This document shows, one piece after another, positions 25,593 to 39,788 of a DNA stretch of 64,000 nucleotides. Positions within the stretch are counted from its first letter, which is position 1, and each line of letters opens with the position of its first letter. Location of the stretch: positions 116,934,001 through 116,998,000 of the forward strand of contig NW_024704742.1 in the NCBI RefSeq assembly GCF_018977255.1, in the 5' to 3' direction. This DNA comes from Callorhinchus milii (taxonomy: Eukaryota). Under the pieces are notes generated by a model. It made no database searches. It worked only from the letters and a program-made list of their open reading frames with translations, and was not told the origin of the DNA. The position numbers were made by a program, and so were the translations under genes.

Positions 25593-27481
25593 CTGGAGGA
25601 GAAAAAACAAAACAAGTAAACATCACTAAAGACCTTCCTCTTCAACTGCACCTTCGGTTACCCTCCTACCCTCCCGATCACAAACCCCAGCTTAGGTACA
25701 AATTCTTGATTGTCCAGCACATTGGGACATCCTCCTGACATTAGAGGCACTATAGAAACGTAAGTTGTTGTTGTTATGAAACAATGAGGTGTTATTAGTT
25801 CCAATTGTTTTATCGATTCTTCAAAAAATCCTGGTTGTTTGAAGCTCACCATTTCACATTCCCCCTTCACCCCTATCTGATTGAACTTTAACAAATCATG
25901 GGAGTCTTGTTCTCAATTATTCAGGTAATTCCTCTTCGATCGTACCTTCAGTTGCCCCCTCACCTCTCTGCCTTCCTTCACCCCTACCCCACCCCTCCCC
26001 CATGCTCAGGTCCTGACCCCTGACTATCCAGCACCTTGGGACGTCCTCCCGACGTGAAAGGTGCTCTATAAATGTAATTTTATTGTTGTTGTAATAATTA
26101 TTAACCTTTCAACTCAAATCAACTACAAACTGAAAGGAAAGGAGGTTTAATTAACAAGATACAATGGTATCTATGTTTGATGTTTCTTAACAGGTCATTT
26201 ATCTTTTTTAATACAGAAATATGTTCAAGCTACTGGTTACATAAGTCAGCATTCAAATATACTCGTGGACATATGTTAAGGATCAACAATTTACACCAGC
26301 GTTGCTAATATGACTTGGATAACATTACCTCCTTGGGTTATTTTTCCTAAAATCATTAGTTCAACACAGAGCACTTAATCATTTAAGTAACTAATATTAA
26401 AAATACTTATTGTAACTGTATTCATGATTACTAGCGCAACATACAAATAGAATGTATGACCATCACTTGTTCTGTTACACACCCTAATTTTCTATTAACC
26501 AGAGCATGCAACAAGGTCCAATTATCCCTACTCAAGTTTCAGAAGTTCCTTTACAAGACAGAGAAACAGCTTGAACCAGGAAACTGATGTGCTGCATTGA
26601 AGAATGAAGGAAATTTAATACAGAAAAAAATGATAAGTTTATTTTTCTTCCCCTTGACTTGAGCACAAATTAAACTGCTGTCTGAAAGAACAGGCTTCAA
26701 TTCTCAAATACTCCTAGGACAGGGATAATAATCTCTGCATTTGATACAGCGTCTTATCATGCCATCAATACATCTCAAAGTGCTTCCAAGGATTTTACTG
26801 CAAAGTCCACTGACTGTATTTTTGTAGGTGAACGCAGCAGTCAATTTGCACACAGCATTGCTCCACAAACTGCCATGAATAAATGACCCTTTTATTTTCC
26901 TGGAGGATGATGGCCAGGACACTGGGAGAAACTCCCTTCTCTTTTTAAATAGTTCTATAAAATATTTTACATCCGCCTGAACAGACAGACAGGATCAGTT
27001 TAATGTCTCATCCAAATATCGGTACCTCTGACCATGCCACACCCTCTGCTCATAAATGTCAATGATTTCTCCAACAGGCCTTTTTTCTCAGAACAGGTAA
27101 GGCTCATCACCTTATCAGTAATTCGGATAGGAAAGTTTGTTTAGGACAATGGTAACGCAGAAATGTACGGTAAAAACCATTGCAGTCCAGCTAGATGTAA
27201 AAAAATTAAAAAAAAAATAATTCTATAATACGGATTCATAGACCTCATTCAAATTCTGTCCAAAGAGCTATCTAATTTGCTCTTAAATTTACTGATACAA
27301 TCTGCTTCCTGGCAATCTGCTCCACATATTCAGCTATCCTTGCCAGTAATTAAATCTGAACTGTCTGTTCAGCTCTCCCTTTACTGAGAGTGCATACGTC
27401 AAGCTGCTGTTCGTCGACCCATATCTGAAGCATTCATTGCCCATTGATGCAATAGCAAGCTTGCGTATTGTGTCAAACCTT

Positions 27482-27803
27482 GTGGAGTCCTGTAGCTCAG
27501 TGGTTAGAGCACTCGCTTTGCAAGCGAGAGACCTGAGTTCAATCCCAGGCAGGTCAGGGCGAAACCCTGGGCAAGTTTCCTTACTCCACACGCCTAATAA
27601 TAATCCCTCCAAAACCAAAAACAATAATAAATTGGTCATTTTCTATCTACGACTGTTTGTGGGACATTGCTGTGCGCAATTGGCTGCCGCGTTCGCCCAC
27701 AAATATACAGTTAATTCACTTTACAGTGTGTTCTGTGAAGCGCTTTGGGACGTCCTCCCGACGTGAAAAGCGCTATATCAAATGCAAGTATTATTATTAT
27801 TAT
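27482..27803 (+). mobile_element. Young full-length SINE
   Basis: Complete head, Deu core, tail and (ATT)n. Confidence 0.95.
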
Positions 27804-29418
27804 AAACCAAGAGTCACTGAAGCTACTGACTACTACTTGAGCGTTCCTAATGTAAATTAATTGTACCCAATCCCCTAATAGAATTCCACATACATCAAGA
27901 CTCTCTTGGGCAAACAACAACCTACTTCATGAATCTATATACTTCCAGAATCCCTTTCTGGAGATACTGACGTTCCTCATTTTTTAAACTAGGAAGACCA
28001 TCAAGACATGGACAATAGGTTGGGCACATAGGGATCAGTTTGGTCCATTAGTCTCAACTCCATTAAGTTCTTAAATTGATAGTACAACGACAGTAACAAT
28101 TTAAGCACTTCGAGACTCTACCCACATGAAAGTTGCTATATTGAAAAAAAGCTTCCTCTTCACGCTACAACAACTTGTAGCACAAAGAGGAAGGGGTGGA
28201 ATGCTCAGCTTTTAGATGTATTCTGTCCCAATTGCCTGGAATAGGGATTCCTAATTGTTACAGGATTATAAACCTCAAGCAGACGCAACTCAAGTGTGCT
28301 ACACCTCAATACCCTTCCATCTTTTAACACTTGTTCCTCAACTTCATCAATGGAGAAGATGAAATTTTCGAAAATCTGGTTCTATTGGTCTTACAGGCAA
28401 CACTATCATCAAGAGTGAAATAAGTAATGTTTGGTCAGCAATACGATAACTTTATATAGCGCCTTTCATATAGGTTAATGGTGTGCTTCACAGCAGTGGA
28501 GTTGAATGCTTAGCTAGGAGGAGGGGTGGAGAGAGTTGACCACAGACAGGCAGGGTCGAAGAAGTAGATTTAAGGTGGGATTTGAAGATGGAGAGAGGGC
28601 AAGGAGAAGGGATAGAGGTAGAGAGTTTCAAAGGCTGGGGTTGTAATGACTGAATGTTCGGCCACCAATGGTGATACGGATGGGGCGGTGGACATACAGC
28701 AGACTCGTGTTAGCTGATGAACCTTTGAGACTGACTTGTGGAGGCTATTGCTGAGAATCTAAAATACCTTTCCCCAGTCATACATTTTTTTTAAACCCAA
28801 GTGACCAGTACCATCAGTAGGTTTACAATTTTGTCAAAACGTAAGTTCCTAAATTATTAATCACCGGAAAAATCTGTTTGTTTCCTGCCCAAATCCATTC
28901 AATTACAAAAAGTTCACATTTAATGCATATAATTAATGAGGAGCCCAATCCATTTACACTAGGCCTGTGAGGCTGGCTGTCAATTATTAATGATGTCATT
29001 ACCTTCCCCTGCTCTGTTACTTTGTACCTCACACAGACAAGCAAAGTAATGTCATTCTCAGATTTACAAGCAGCTTCATTACTCAACTATTGCAACTTTA
29101 AATGATTACTCCCAAAAGTAGTCCCAGTATTAAATGGAGCTACCTTAAAGGAGCAAAAGGTAGCATCTAATGAAAAACAGGTGATATTTTAGCTATAGGT
29201 ATGGCTTTTAATCAGGCACGATGGAGAATCAAGCAAACCAGCCGACTTAGATCAAACTTGCGTGTAGTATTGGAAGGTAACATAAAAAGGTAACACAAAC
29301 ATACACTACAGGGAAAGATCAACCGCCTAATGCAATGCTTGACTATCTGGCATAAATCCATCACTAAAACTTAAGATGACCAGCCCCATTAAACTGAAGG
29401 ACATATCCAAAACAGAGG

Positions 29419-29752
29419 GGGAGTCCATTAGCTTAGTGGTTAAAGCACTCACTCGCCTTGCAACCATGGGCAAGTTTCCTTATTCCACATGCCCCTGTTT
29501 ACCTAGCAGGAAGAAGGATCCCGGTTGTTAGTGAATTGGGGGATCGCTTTCCTGGAGTTAATAATCCCCTAAAAAAAATATTTGGACATTCAGTGCATGA
29601 CTATTTGTGGGACACTGCTGCACGCATTTGGCTGTCCCATTTACCCCACAAAATCTACAGTCTTTTCACTTTACAGTGTATTCTGTGAAGCTCTTTGAGA
29701 CAGCTCAAGGACATGAAAGGCGCTATATCAAATGCAAGGATTATTATTATTA
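29419..29752 (+). mobile_element. Older SINE subfamily copy with a divergent middle
   Basis: Degenerate tRNA head GGGAGTCC.TTAGCTTAGTGGTT, Deu core, same tail. Confidence 0.75.
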
Positions 29753-32094
29753 TGATGTAAAGAGTTAAGACAATAAAAATAAAGCATCTTTTGGGGAAAA
29801 TACTATAGCCATAAACATAATTTTGGCAGACGCCCATCAGATTGTAACAAATTAAAAAGTGCAGCAAACATGCCAAAAGCCATACTAGCTATCTAATGAG
29901 GAACACTGAAAAAAAATTCCTTGAATAGACTAATAGCCTCGTGGGAATGGTAAAACAGTACTGATCTGCATATTACAGTAATATCACAAACCACTAGAAT
30001 GTGTCAATAAGGCAAACACACCTACAGAAATTAGCAATTATAAAACATTTTGACAGAGACAGAGACTTATTGGTATATTACTTTTGAAACAACAATATTT
30101 AAGAAATATGTCAAATTTAGTTACGGACTTCAGATTTAAGGAATTATGAAAACTTTTTAACTTTCATTTGGCTTGGTTCAATCAATGTCAGGACCTTATT
30201 ATTTTCACTTTTGTGGAGTGAAATTATTAATCATACTTGCAGTTTTTCCTCACAGCTGATGTGAGCACGGTTATACTTAGAAGTTAATTGGTGCCCATAT
30301 TTATAGGGATTCCACTCATTTTTGATGAACAAATTTATAAGAAAAATGAAACACAATATTAACCGTTAAAAAGTATTGAAAAGCTATATTTCTGCTCAAC
30401 ACAAAAGCAATATTTTTNGCTCAACACAAAATTCTATATGGATTACTAAAAATACAAAGAAACTGCATAGTGGTTCTATTGGAGATTCTCCGAGTGGAAC
30501 TGAGTAACTGTTTTCAGACCTATTCTTTTTCCCTAAACCTGAAGCAAAAGTGAGCAGCAACTGGAGCCTAAGTATTTGGCAAACCTCAAAAGGTATGTCA
30601 GGATAAAAAAAAACATAATATCAAATACAATAATAGAAGTGAGATGGAATTATTATTTGTAGTGCAAACTAGTGCATTGATGGATGAAATGAGGGCATTT
30701 TTCACTTTGCAAATTCAAGGATTATTATTACTTTCTTCATTTCACAAATATGGTCCTGCTGATAAGTGGCAAGCAGCATACATTAGAATTCATTACCTCT
30801 GTGAATTATTTTATTGAGGGCACATTATGTGTGGTATAAAGCGAGAATAAAATATTCATTCAATACTTTGGTTCCTATCTGCTTTCAGGGGAACTGATTT
30901 TAAGGACTGGTTGTTAAATACATAACAAGTCACCTTGATTGGTTAATTACATAACAAAAGACACCTGTAAATCTCTGTGCATGTTTAGACGTGGCACATA
31001 AAATATAGGTTTGTACATAGATTATCCATGATCCACAATAGACCCAGTGTCCTGTGATTTCCCCACTTGATGGCAGAAATACGTGACATGTAAAGGATAA
31101 ATCAGTTGTTTAAAGAATATAGATGTGCCCAGTAAATATAATACAAATGCACCAATGACATGTTCTTTATTATGATCAAGGAATCATCATAATGCTCCTG
31201 ACTCAGGGTAGCGAGAGAATGCCTGGTACTTGCGCTCCCAGTTGTTGGTTTAACATGAGTGCAACTTCTGGTAGAATTACAAATATATTTTAAAATAACT
31301 TACAAGAAATATATTTTCAACTTTATTAAGTTGAACTAAATTCAATAAAGTAAACTCGCATGCGAAATATAGTCTGCCCCAACTGTAACAGAGGAGATCC
31401 CTGATGGACCACTGATAACCCGAGTAAATCAATCAATTTCAAATAGACATGGAATAGGTTCTGTGAAGTCTAAGTTGGGAAGCCTGGGAGGCTGGAGCAA
31501 TAAGTTAATTAATCTTAGATTGAGATTCAGTATTGATCAGAATGTACTCATTACAATGGACTGATAATTGAAAGTGGCCATTTATAACAACTAATAAATC
31601 AGTTACTGGCCATTCCTTGTATAAAACACAATATAATCCAATAGAAGGTTAAGACAAATGCTGGAAATACCTAACAAAGACAATTGAGGTTCCAGTGAAT
31701 TAAAGTTGAGCTGGCAAACTTTCAGTCATCGCTGTAAACTATATTAAAATTAAATGATAAATTAGAGTCATCTAAAATAGTTATCAGCACCACAGTAGAT
31801 AGAGAAAGCTGCAGTTCAATTCTTACTATCTTGGATCCTTTAATTTTGTTCAGGCAGTCTACCATACATATTGTACTTGTATTGTAGGTTAGTCATTTTT
31901 ACACTGAGACCTTGCAGGAAATGCTGTAACCAACTATCACAAGTTGGTTAATATTCTTAACATAGAATCCTTTTCTAATACAATACACCCCATTATTAAG
32001 TGAGTTTGTTAATAACATAGGTCTCCTGTGGACCTTCCACCACAGATCGACTATCTACCTGAGCATGTGCAAAAGAAGTTGGTGTGTTAAGTCT

Positions 32095-33125
32095 CAACCA
32101 CCCCGACAACAATAGTGCCCTCTATGCAGGGTAGCATCTTAGAGTGCTCAACAGTGGCAGACCCCCAAGTGGGGGGGAGGGGGGGAAGGTGACCAGAAGC
32201 ACGGTGGAAAGAAAGGTTTTCAGGTGGGACTTGAAAAAGGGGAAGGGGCAAGGTGGAGGGATTGAGCGAGTATTCCAGAGTTTCAGGGCTAGTGACTGAA
32301 AGTGTAACCTCCAATGGTGGAGAGGAGAGTGCGAAGAACAAATAGGAGGCCAGTGCCAGTCGAACGGAGGTGCAGGGTAGTGGATTGGAGAGTGAGGGGG
32401 TCAGGGATGTAGGGAGGTGCCAGAGATTGAAGGGATTTGAACCAAGTGTGAGGATCTTGAAGACGATCGATTGGGTGATGGGGAGCCAGTGGAGCCTGGC
32501 CAAAACTTGGTCCAGGTAAGTATGCAGGAGGCAGAATTCTGAATGTGCTGGATTTTTTTGAATAGTGGTGTTGTGGAGACCAGCGAGGAGTGTGTTTGAG
32601 TCATCCAGGCTGGAGGTAACAAACGCATGCACGAGGGTTTCGGATGCATTTGAGGTAAGGTATGGTCAGAAGCGGGCAATGTGGTGGAATTCAGTCCTGG
32701 TCAGGGACCGGATGTGGGGGAGAAAGAACAGCTGGGGGTTGAACCGGACGCCGAGATTGCGTACTGGTTCATAAGTTTGAGGGAGAGCCCAGGAAGGTTG
32801 AGGAGTTTAGATCTGCAGGAGTGAAGACGTTGATGGGAGCCAAAGAGTATGGTTTCCATCATGTCTACATTCAGCTGCAGGAAGTTTGCACTCATCCAGG
32901 CCCTGATATCTGCCACACAAGCTGATAGATCATCAGAGGACCTGGAGTCAATGCTGGAGGAGGCAAAGTAGATTTGTGTGTCATCCGCGTATATGTGGAA
33001 GTTTACCCCGTTTCTGCGGATGACAACGCCAAGAGGGAGCATATGATGAGGAAAAGGGGGCCAAGGATGGAGCCATGGGGTACCCTGCAGGTGACCGGGC
33101 ACGGGCGGGAAGAGAAACCATTTGC
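32095..33125 (-). mobile_element. L2 LINE RT and 3' fragment, degenerate
   Basis: FHIYADDTQIY, WMSANFLQLN, LHWLPI motifs. Confidence 0.9.
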
Positions 33126-35107
33126 CGAGAACTTGCAGGAAGCAACACCAGCAGTAACTTGGAAGTGGAATTGTTACCTTTTACTTTTCGCAACCACAAA
33201 CCCATTATAACATAGCATCTAAATTGTTTAGATCCAATTAGAAGCCGGTTTCTAATTCTTTTATCCTAAACACTGCGTCCTGTATGAGTAGTTTCTATTT
33301 ATGTCTGAAGTTGTGAGACAGAACGAGCGAGACTGTGTGCTTGTTTATATTTTGCCAGTCACAGGAAGGTGACTCTCAAAGGATCTGGATCTAAACTGCA
33401 AAAATTAGAATATGTATGGTATTTTGATATGAATGAACAAAATAATGGTCAAATATACAATTTGATATTGGACAAGGTTTGAAATAAACTGATTAACTTA
33501 CAACAAACTAGAATTTGATCAAATTTGGCATCAGTAGATGAACACTCCTAAAGTTTTAATACTTCTACCAAGTTACAAAGGACACTTGAAACATATCTGG
33601 ATTTATAATGGTGGTTAGATTCTTCAATGGGGGGGGGGAATTAAAAACTAATTTAGCCAAAATTAAAATGGAAAGCACAATTTCAGCACATTTCCTACAA
33701 TCACAAGTAATAATCCTTGCATTTGATATTGCGCTTTATCACGCGGTTGACAAGTGTCAAAATGCTTCACAGGATATACTGTGTAGTGGATTAACTGTAT
33801 ATTTTGTGGGCAAATGTAGTTTTCTGGCACTGTAAATTTGGATGGGAACACATTAGTTTACTAAAACATAATTCCGAAATTATCACTCATTTATCTAATC
33901 TTTCTATCCATTGCCTATACTGATGTATTTTATAAAACCTGAAGACGATAGTTAAAAACCGTAGCATTGGCAGAATTAAAAAATAAAAGTATATTTATTT
34001 GAAAATATGCTCCACAAATTATTTATTTCGGTCCTATCATAATTCTTGAAAATGTAATCTTCTGTGTCCAAAGTACAGCAGGCTTGTGATTGTCTTCTCA
34101 AGCCATTTCCTGCTGATGTAACAGGCTAGCATGATTGTTACTAGTGGATTTTTCCAGTTTTATTTTTCATTTTAAAAAAGAAGATATACGAAACACCTGT
34201 AAAAACAAAAGAAGAATAGTAGAAAGTAACCTAAAACTTAATGAATACAGTGCTTGTAAATGAATGGAACTTTGTTAGATTCTTAACCTCCTCTTTTGAA
34301 ATGGAAGTCCAAATGAATCCTGAAACTTAAATCTGTCACTGTTGGGTCCTATAGAAATGTAATACTTTACATGTTACCAGTTGTCAGTGGGTGTTCTTGG
34401 GGTGGGGGGTGGGGAAGAAAGAGAAAGAGAGAAAGTGGGATCTCCTCGGAGTTGATTTGACTCCAAGCGGCATGCCTGGCAATACTGAAAGTTGAATAAA
34501 GTCAAGAGTCCTCCGCAGTTGTCTCGTATCTGGTTCCTGAGCCAGTCGGGTCCACAGTACTCTAGGGCACTACTGATGACAGACCAGCCAACCTGGCTCA
34601 TTGGCAGGAATTCTTCCCACTCAGCTTCCATTAAGCCAAAGCCCCAACAGGTAAGGTGTTCTTAGCCCGACAAGCACAGGAAGCTTTCCAAACAATGCTT
34701 TCAATGACAAGTTATGCAGCTCTAGCTGGTTATACTATCAGCAATACTCCCAACACACACTGGGGTCCCCATGTCTTGGTGCCATCCAACCTACATCTGA
34801 TATTCTCCAGAATTTTGTAAGCACGTTGCACCCCTCCAGGGAGAGAGTGCGTATTCCAGTCCAGGGATGGGAATTGCCATGTGTAGGTGGCAAGCATGGC
34901 ACTATCACTCCAGTTTTTGCATGTGTAAGACAGACACCCAGCTAACTAAAAAAAAGTTAGGTGGTGTAAGGACAGTGCAAACCCCTATTGCTCTACTTAG
35001 GGTTTAAAAATGTATGTTTGAAGTGACATCCTGAACAACAGGATACAGATTACAAATCAGTATTCACTTCAATGACCAGAGCTCAAATCCAGCCCAGACC
35101 AGTGACA

Positions 35108-35422
35108 TAATAATAAACCTTGCATTTGATATAGCGCTTTTTACGTCTTCTAGACGTCCCAAAGCGCTTCACAGAATATACTGTAAAGTGAATTGACTGT
35201 ATATTTGTGGGCGAATGCGGCAGCCAATTGCGCACAGCAATGTCCCACAAACAGTCATGGATTGAAAATGACCAATTTATTATTGTTTTTTTTTGGAGGG
35301 ATTATTATTAGGCTCTGTGTGGAGTAAGGAAACTTGCCCAAGGTTTCGCCCTGACCTGCCTGGAATTGAACCCAGGTCTCTCACTTGCAAAGCGAGTGCT
35401 CTAACCACTGAGCTACAGGACT
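35108..35422 (-). mobile_element. Full-length SINE
   Basis: Reverse complement of the family consensus. Confidence 0.93.
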
Positions 35423-36675
35423 TCACCTAGGACATGGCAAGTCTCTATTCTCTCCATCAGCTGCAGAGATCTGATGTGAATGCACTCTGGGCAGGCTGAA
35501 TATAGTTCGTAATGGGCACAAGTCTGTAGAGCAAACATGAACCAGCAATCCCATGGTGAAAGAAGCTTGACTGATGTGCAAAATAAAACGTTAACGCTCA
35601 TGCAAAAGGGGCTGCTCCTCTGAGGATAACAACAACAAAACGACATTTGTATCCTGCCTTTTACGTCGGGAGGACGTCCCAAGGTGCCGGACAGTCAGAG
35701 TTTCGGACCCGAGCTGGTCCAATAAGGATTAAAACGAAATCGCTGGTGCAGAGCCAAGGGAACTTTTGGACTACATCTGCTTTTGTTACGCTTGGGAGAA
35801 AGTATCTGCTGTTGACAAAAAAAGCACATTTTTTTTTACAGCTTTTTTTTAAAAAAATGAACGTTAAATACACAGCTTAATCGTGTCCTAAAGTGCTTCA
35901 TTATACGTTAATTTATTGGACCGTTGGGGTTTGGGTCTTGATCTGGTGTGCAATGGGTCTAAAATGTCCAACTTCCAGGTCATCACAATGCCATTTTCTG
36001 TGTGCCGTGCATGAGTAGTGCACAAGAGATGATGGTCATGCACAGGATGTGATTGTTGGCAGTGACCCGATGCTCCAGAAGTCAACCATTTTGGCATCCC
36101 TGCACCAGCTGGCATTTCATTTCTCTGTGCACACACACAGTGAACACGCAGAAACTGATTAATGATCACGCAGCACTATAGTGCGAATTTGGATTTTTTG
36201 GACCAGTGTTATAATGGAACCCCACTTTACATGCATAATATATTGCTCTCCACTGTTTGGAGTTTTTCCAACAAAGGCTTATCAGAGATCAATTTCATTC
36301 TTGCCATAGATTGTATTTACACATTGTTTCACATTACAGGATAATGTGAAACAATGGGTAAAGGCATTGAACAACAATCTAGGACACTAATGGTGTCGCA
36401 AGAGGAGTACAATGAGAAACAATCTGTAAAACAATGTACATCTCATGTATTTAATGCAATTTACTTGATAACAAATACATTTACAATTTACTTTATTAGT
36501 TGATATGAAAATAATTAAATTAAGCAGTGCTGAAATGTGGGCCATGGCACCACTCTGACTGTATCTATTAAAGTGAGCATCTAAAACTGAAGAGATAGTT
36601 GAAATAACTGCAGGAGTTTCACAGTATTTTAACCAGATGAACAGCTCTACATCTTCACCCAACATTCCCTCTTAC

Positions 36676-36843
36676 CTGTGAAATTGGATGGTGTCTTTCC
36701 ACACAAACTGAAGTCATTGGTGGTGCAACTCCCTGATTTCCACATTTAACTCCTTTCAATGCCAGGTCCGATCGCCCAGTGATGCGTGCCATTATAGTTT
36801 TCCCTGCCTTTTGTTGTGCTGAACTCAGAACCTTACCGGGAGG
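36676..36843 (-). CDS. POC5: POC5 exon [26 protein letters not shown]...[19 protein letters not shown]
   Basis: tttttag|CCT...CAG|gtaag; 168 nt, phase 0-0; SAQQKAG.TI.ARITGR motif. Confidence 0.95.
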
Positions 36844-37927
36844 CTAAAAATAATGAAGAGAAATAAAGTAAACTTGCTCATCAAATCTATTCAGAATACA
36901 AACATGCAAGTAGAAGACAAAATTAATTTGGGTTATAATAAAGTTATAGCTTTGCTTTCCTGAGAATACCACCACACTATTTGACACCGTTTATATAAGG
37001 GTTGTGAACCGGAGATACTTACAAAATGCACGTCCACAAAGATAGAAAGTTCCCTGTATGCTCCTGTGGGTATTGTGCCCACTACAGAAGATGGGTATTG
37101 TAGCTGCTGCAGTTACACTACAGCTTATTCAAAGAACCAACTCAAGTCCACTTCTCGTCTAGTCAGGTCAAATGGGCAATGAGTCTATTGTATCAGATTG
37201 GCGTAGCTGCAAGGTAGAACTCCCTCAGTTCTGTTCGAAATGATGTTATTAAAAAATAAACCCTAATGCACCAATGTGAGATTTCTTTTCTCCCCTGCAC
37301 TATTTAATTCTCGTGTTCTCCACCTCTCCAGCTGTTTTTGTGGTGTATCCAAGCAAGGCTGCTAACACAATATGGATAGGTTTCTGCTGTGGAAACAGAA
37401 TTTAGATTATCCAAAACCACTTACAGCCAAAAAGGGAGAAGAGACTTGCATCTCATCTGAGATTTAAAGCAATGTCTTCCAGAGATAAAAAAAACATTCA
37501 AAACTATAGCAACTCCTCTGCCCAGCTACCAAAAGCTACCACTTTGAATAGGGTTTTACTTTATTAGTTTGCCCTTTGACAGAATCTTCATCCTTTTTTA
37601 AAAAAACTACACATCACTCTCAACTACATGCCAGTGGGAGTTACGTGTAGTTTGTTTAAAAAAAAGGTTTTCACACTCGTTTGCAGGATACGTTCAACTA
37701 GAATGACACAATTGGCTCAATTAGCAATCCCCCGAAAACATTCCCTTCATTTTGAAAAATAAAATTATAAAAAAAAGTGGAAGAGATGGAGAAGGAGTAC
37801 GCACTTTTGTGAGTTTTTTTTCAATTTAATTATCTGCTTTGGTGTGGAGAGCCTTTGTTGGGGGGAAATAAAATACTTCAATGATCACTTACAGCCTGTT
37901 AGCACCTGATCCAAGTGGCCTATATTC

Positions 37928-39395
37928 AACAATAACAACAACAAAATTATATTTGTATAGCGCTTTTCACATCGGGAAGACGTCCTAAGGCACTGGACAG
38001 ACAGGGTTTCGGACCCGAGCTGGGGTCGGGGAGAGTGCAGGGCGGGGGTGGGAGGGGAAGCATGGAGATCGAAAGCATGGTCGAAGAGGAGGGTCTTGAG
38101 ATGGGTCTTGAAGGAGGCAAGAGGGGGCGAGGTAGAGGGACTGCGGGATCGAGTTCTATAGGGTGGGGGCAGAATGGCAGAAGGCCTGCCCAGCAATAAT
38201 AATAATAATCCTTGCATTTGATATAGCGCTTTTCACGTCGGGAGGACGTCCCAAAGCGCTTCACAGAACACACTGTAAAGTGAATTGACTATATATTTGT
38301 GGGCGAACACGGCAGCCAATTGCGCACAGCAATGTCCCACAGACAGCCGTAGATTGAAAAAGACCAATTTTTATTATTGTTTTTGGTTTGGGAGGGATTA
38401 TTATTAGGCGTGTGGAGTAAGGAAACTTGCCCAAGGTTTCGCCCTGACCTGCCTGGAATTGAACTCAGGTTTCTTGCTTGCAAAGCGAGTGCTCTAACCA
38501 CTGAGCTACAGGACTCCACAATAGTGGGGCAAGTGAGGCGGGGGACATTAAGCAGGCCGGAACCCGCTGAGTGGAGGGAGTGAGCAGGATGGTAGGGGGT
38601 TAGGAGGTCGCAGGGGTAGTGGGGAACAAGACCATGGAGGATCAGGATCTTGAACTGCATCCTCTATGTGATGGGAAACCAGTGGAGTCGGGCGAAGGTG
38701 GGGTGATAGGGTCATGGAGCCTGGTGCGGGAGAGGACATGGGCTGCAGAATTCTGGATGATTTGCAGCCTGTGGAGGGAGGAGTTGGGGAGGCCGACAAG
38801 CAATGAGTTTGCATAATCATTCGATGTAATGAAAGCATGTATGAGGGTTTCGGTGGCCTGCGGTATGAGACAGTAGCGGAGTCGGGCGATGTTGTGGAGG
38901 TGGGGAAGGCCGAACGGGTCATGGTGCAGATGTGGGGTAGAAAGGTTAGTTGAGGGTCAAACAAAATGCCAAGGTTTCGGACTGGCTTAGCAAGGTGGCG
39001 TGTGCATCCATGGATGGTGATGCTATCAGTGCCTGAAGTGAGGAGGCGCTGACGAGAGCCAATCAGTAGAGCCTTGGTTTTGTTAATGTTCAACTGAAAA
39101 AAATTAGCTCTCATCCAGGATCTTGGAGAGGAAAGGGAGGTTGGAGATGGTGCAGTAGTTTTGGAGTAGAGATGGGTCCAGCGAGGTTTTTTTTTAAAGG
39201 ATAGGAGTAATGATGGCAGTTTTTAATGGTGTAGTAACAGTACCAGTGGACAGGGAGACTTTTATGATGTCTGTGGGTAGAGGGGCAAGGAGGTGGAGCT
39301 GGGAGGCAAGGAGAGGGGTAGGGATGGGGTCGAGGGAACAGGCAGTGGGTTTCATGTGGGTTATGGTGGTGATGAGCAAGAAGAGGGAGACAGGT
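37928..39395 (-). mobile_element. L2 LINE 3' part with internal deletion, interrupted by a SINE
   Basis: MRANFFQLNINKTKALLIG...VRNLGILFD; upstream CSLDPIPT...KTAIITPIL; (TTG)n tail. Confidence 0.9.
38195..38519 (-). mobile_element. Young full-length SINE nested in L2
   Basis: Complete SINE; (C)AATA on both sides. Confidence 0.95.
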
Positions 39396-39662
39396 TTGGT
39401 GTGGAATTCACATTTAAACATAGGGAACCACATAAGAGATATGTAGAATTTGACCTTACTCTTCCCCACCATCCAACCTAACTTGTTTCTCAAGATCAAA
39501 CTGCTTCTTAATTTGAGTGTCAAATGTTTCAAATACCAAATAGGGTACTAAAATACTGAACCAATTTAAAGACATATGGTAACAGATTATAATTTTTCAG
39601 AAAATGTATCATCATTTAGAAAATGTAACATTCAAAAGTACACATAGATGGTTTTGAATTAC

Positions 39663-39788
39663 CAATTTCTGGGTGGGACAAAAACCCATTGCTGGAGATG
39701 GAGATGTCACTGTAATGGTGGTCAATGGTGTACCTGCTGCTGTTGCCCTGGATGGGGGAGCATTTGCACCACCAAAATGCAAAGTAAC
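39663..39788 (-). CDS. POC5: Probable POC5 low-complexity exon VTLHFGGANAPPSRATAAGTPLTTITVTSPSPAMGFCPTQKL
   Basis: aatttccag|GTT...TTG|gtaatt; 126 nt, phase 0-0, open frame, A/T/P/S-rich, GC-richer than flanks. Confidence 0.7.

Noticed and set aside
27482..27555. tRNA-Ala(TGC)-like sequence with CTCGC-TTTGCAA-GCGAG anticodon arm
   Set aside because: It is the head of a multicopy SINE, runs into the Deu core and lacks a proper acceptor stem; not a tRNA gene
30379..30432. Tandem duplication of about 25 bp containing an N
   Set aside because: Small slippage repeat or assembly ambiguity; no functional sign
33938..33995. CTGAAGA...CCGTAGC followed by AATAAA, faintly like a Penelope hammerhead
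   Set aside because: The GAAA core and stem II are not intact; cannot be supported
35888..36230. Possible Tigger-like MITE with internal inverted similarity
   Set aside because: Termini too decayed to define
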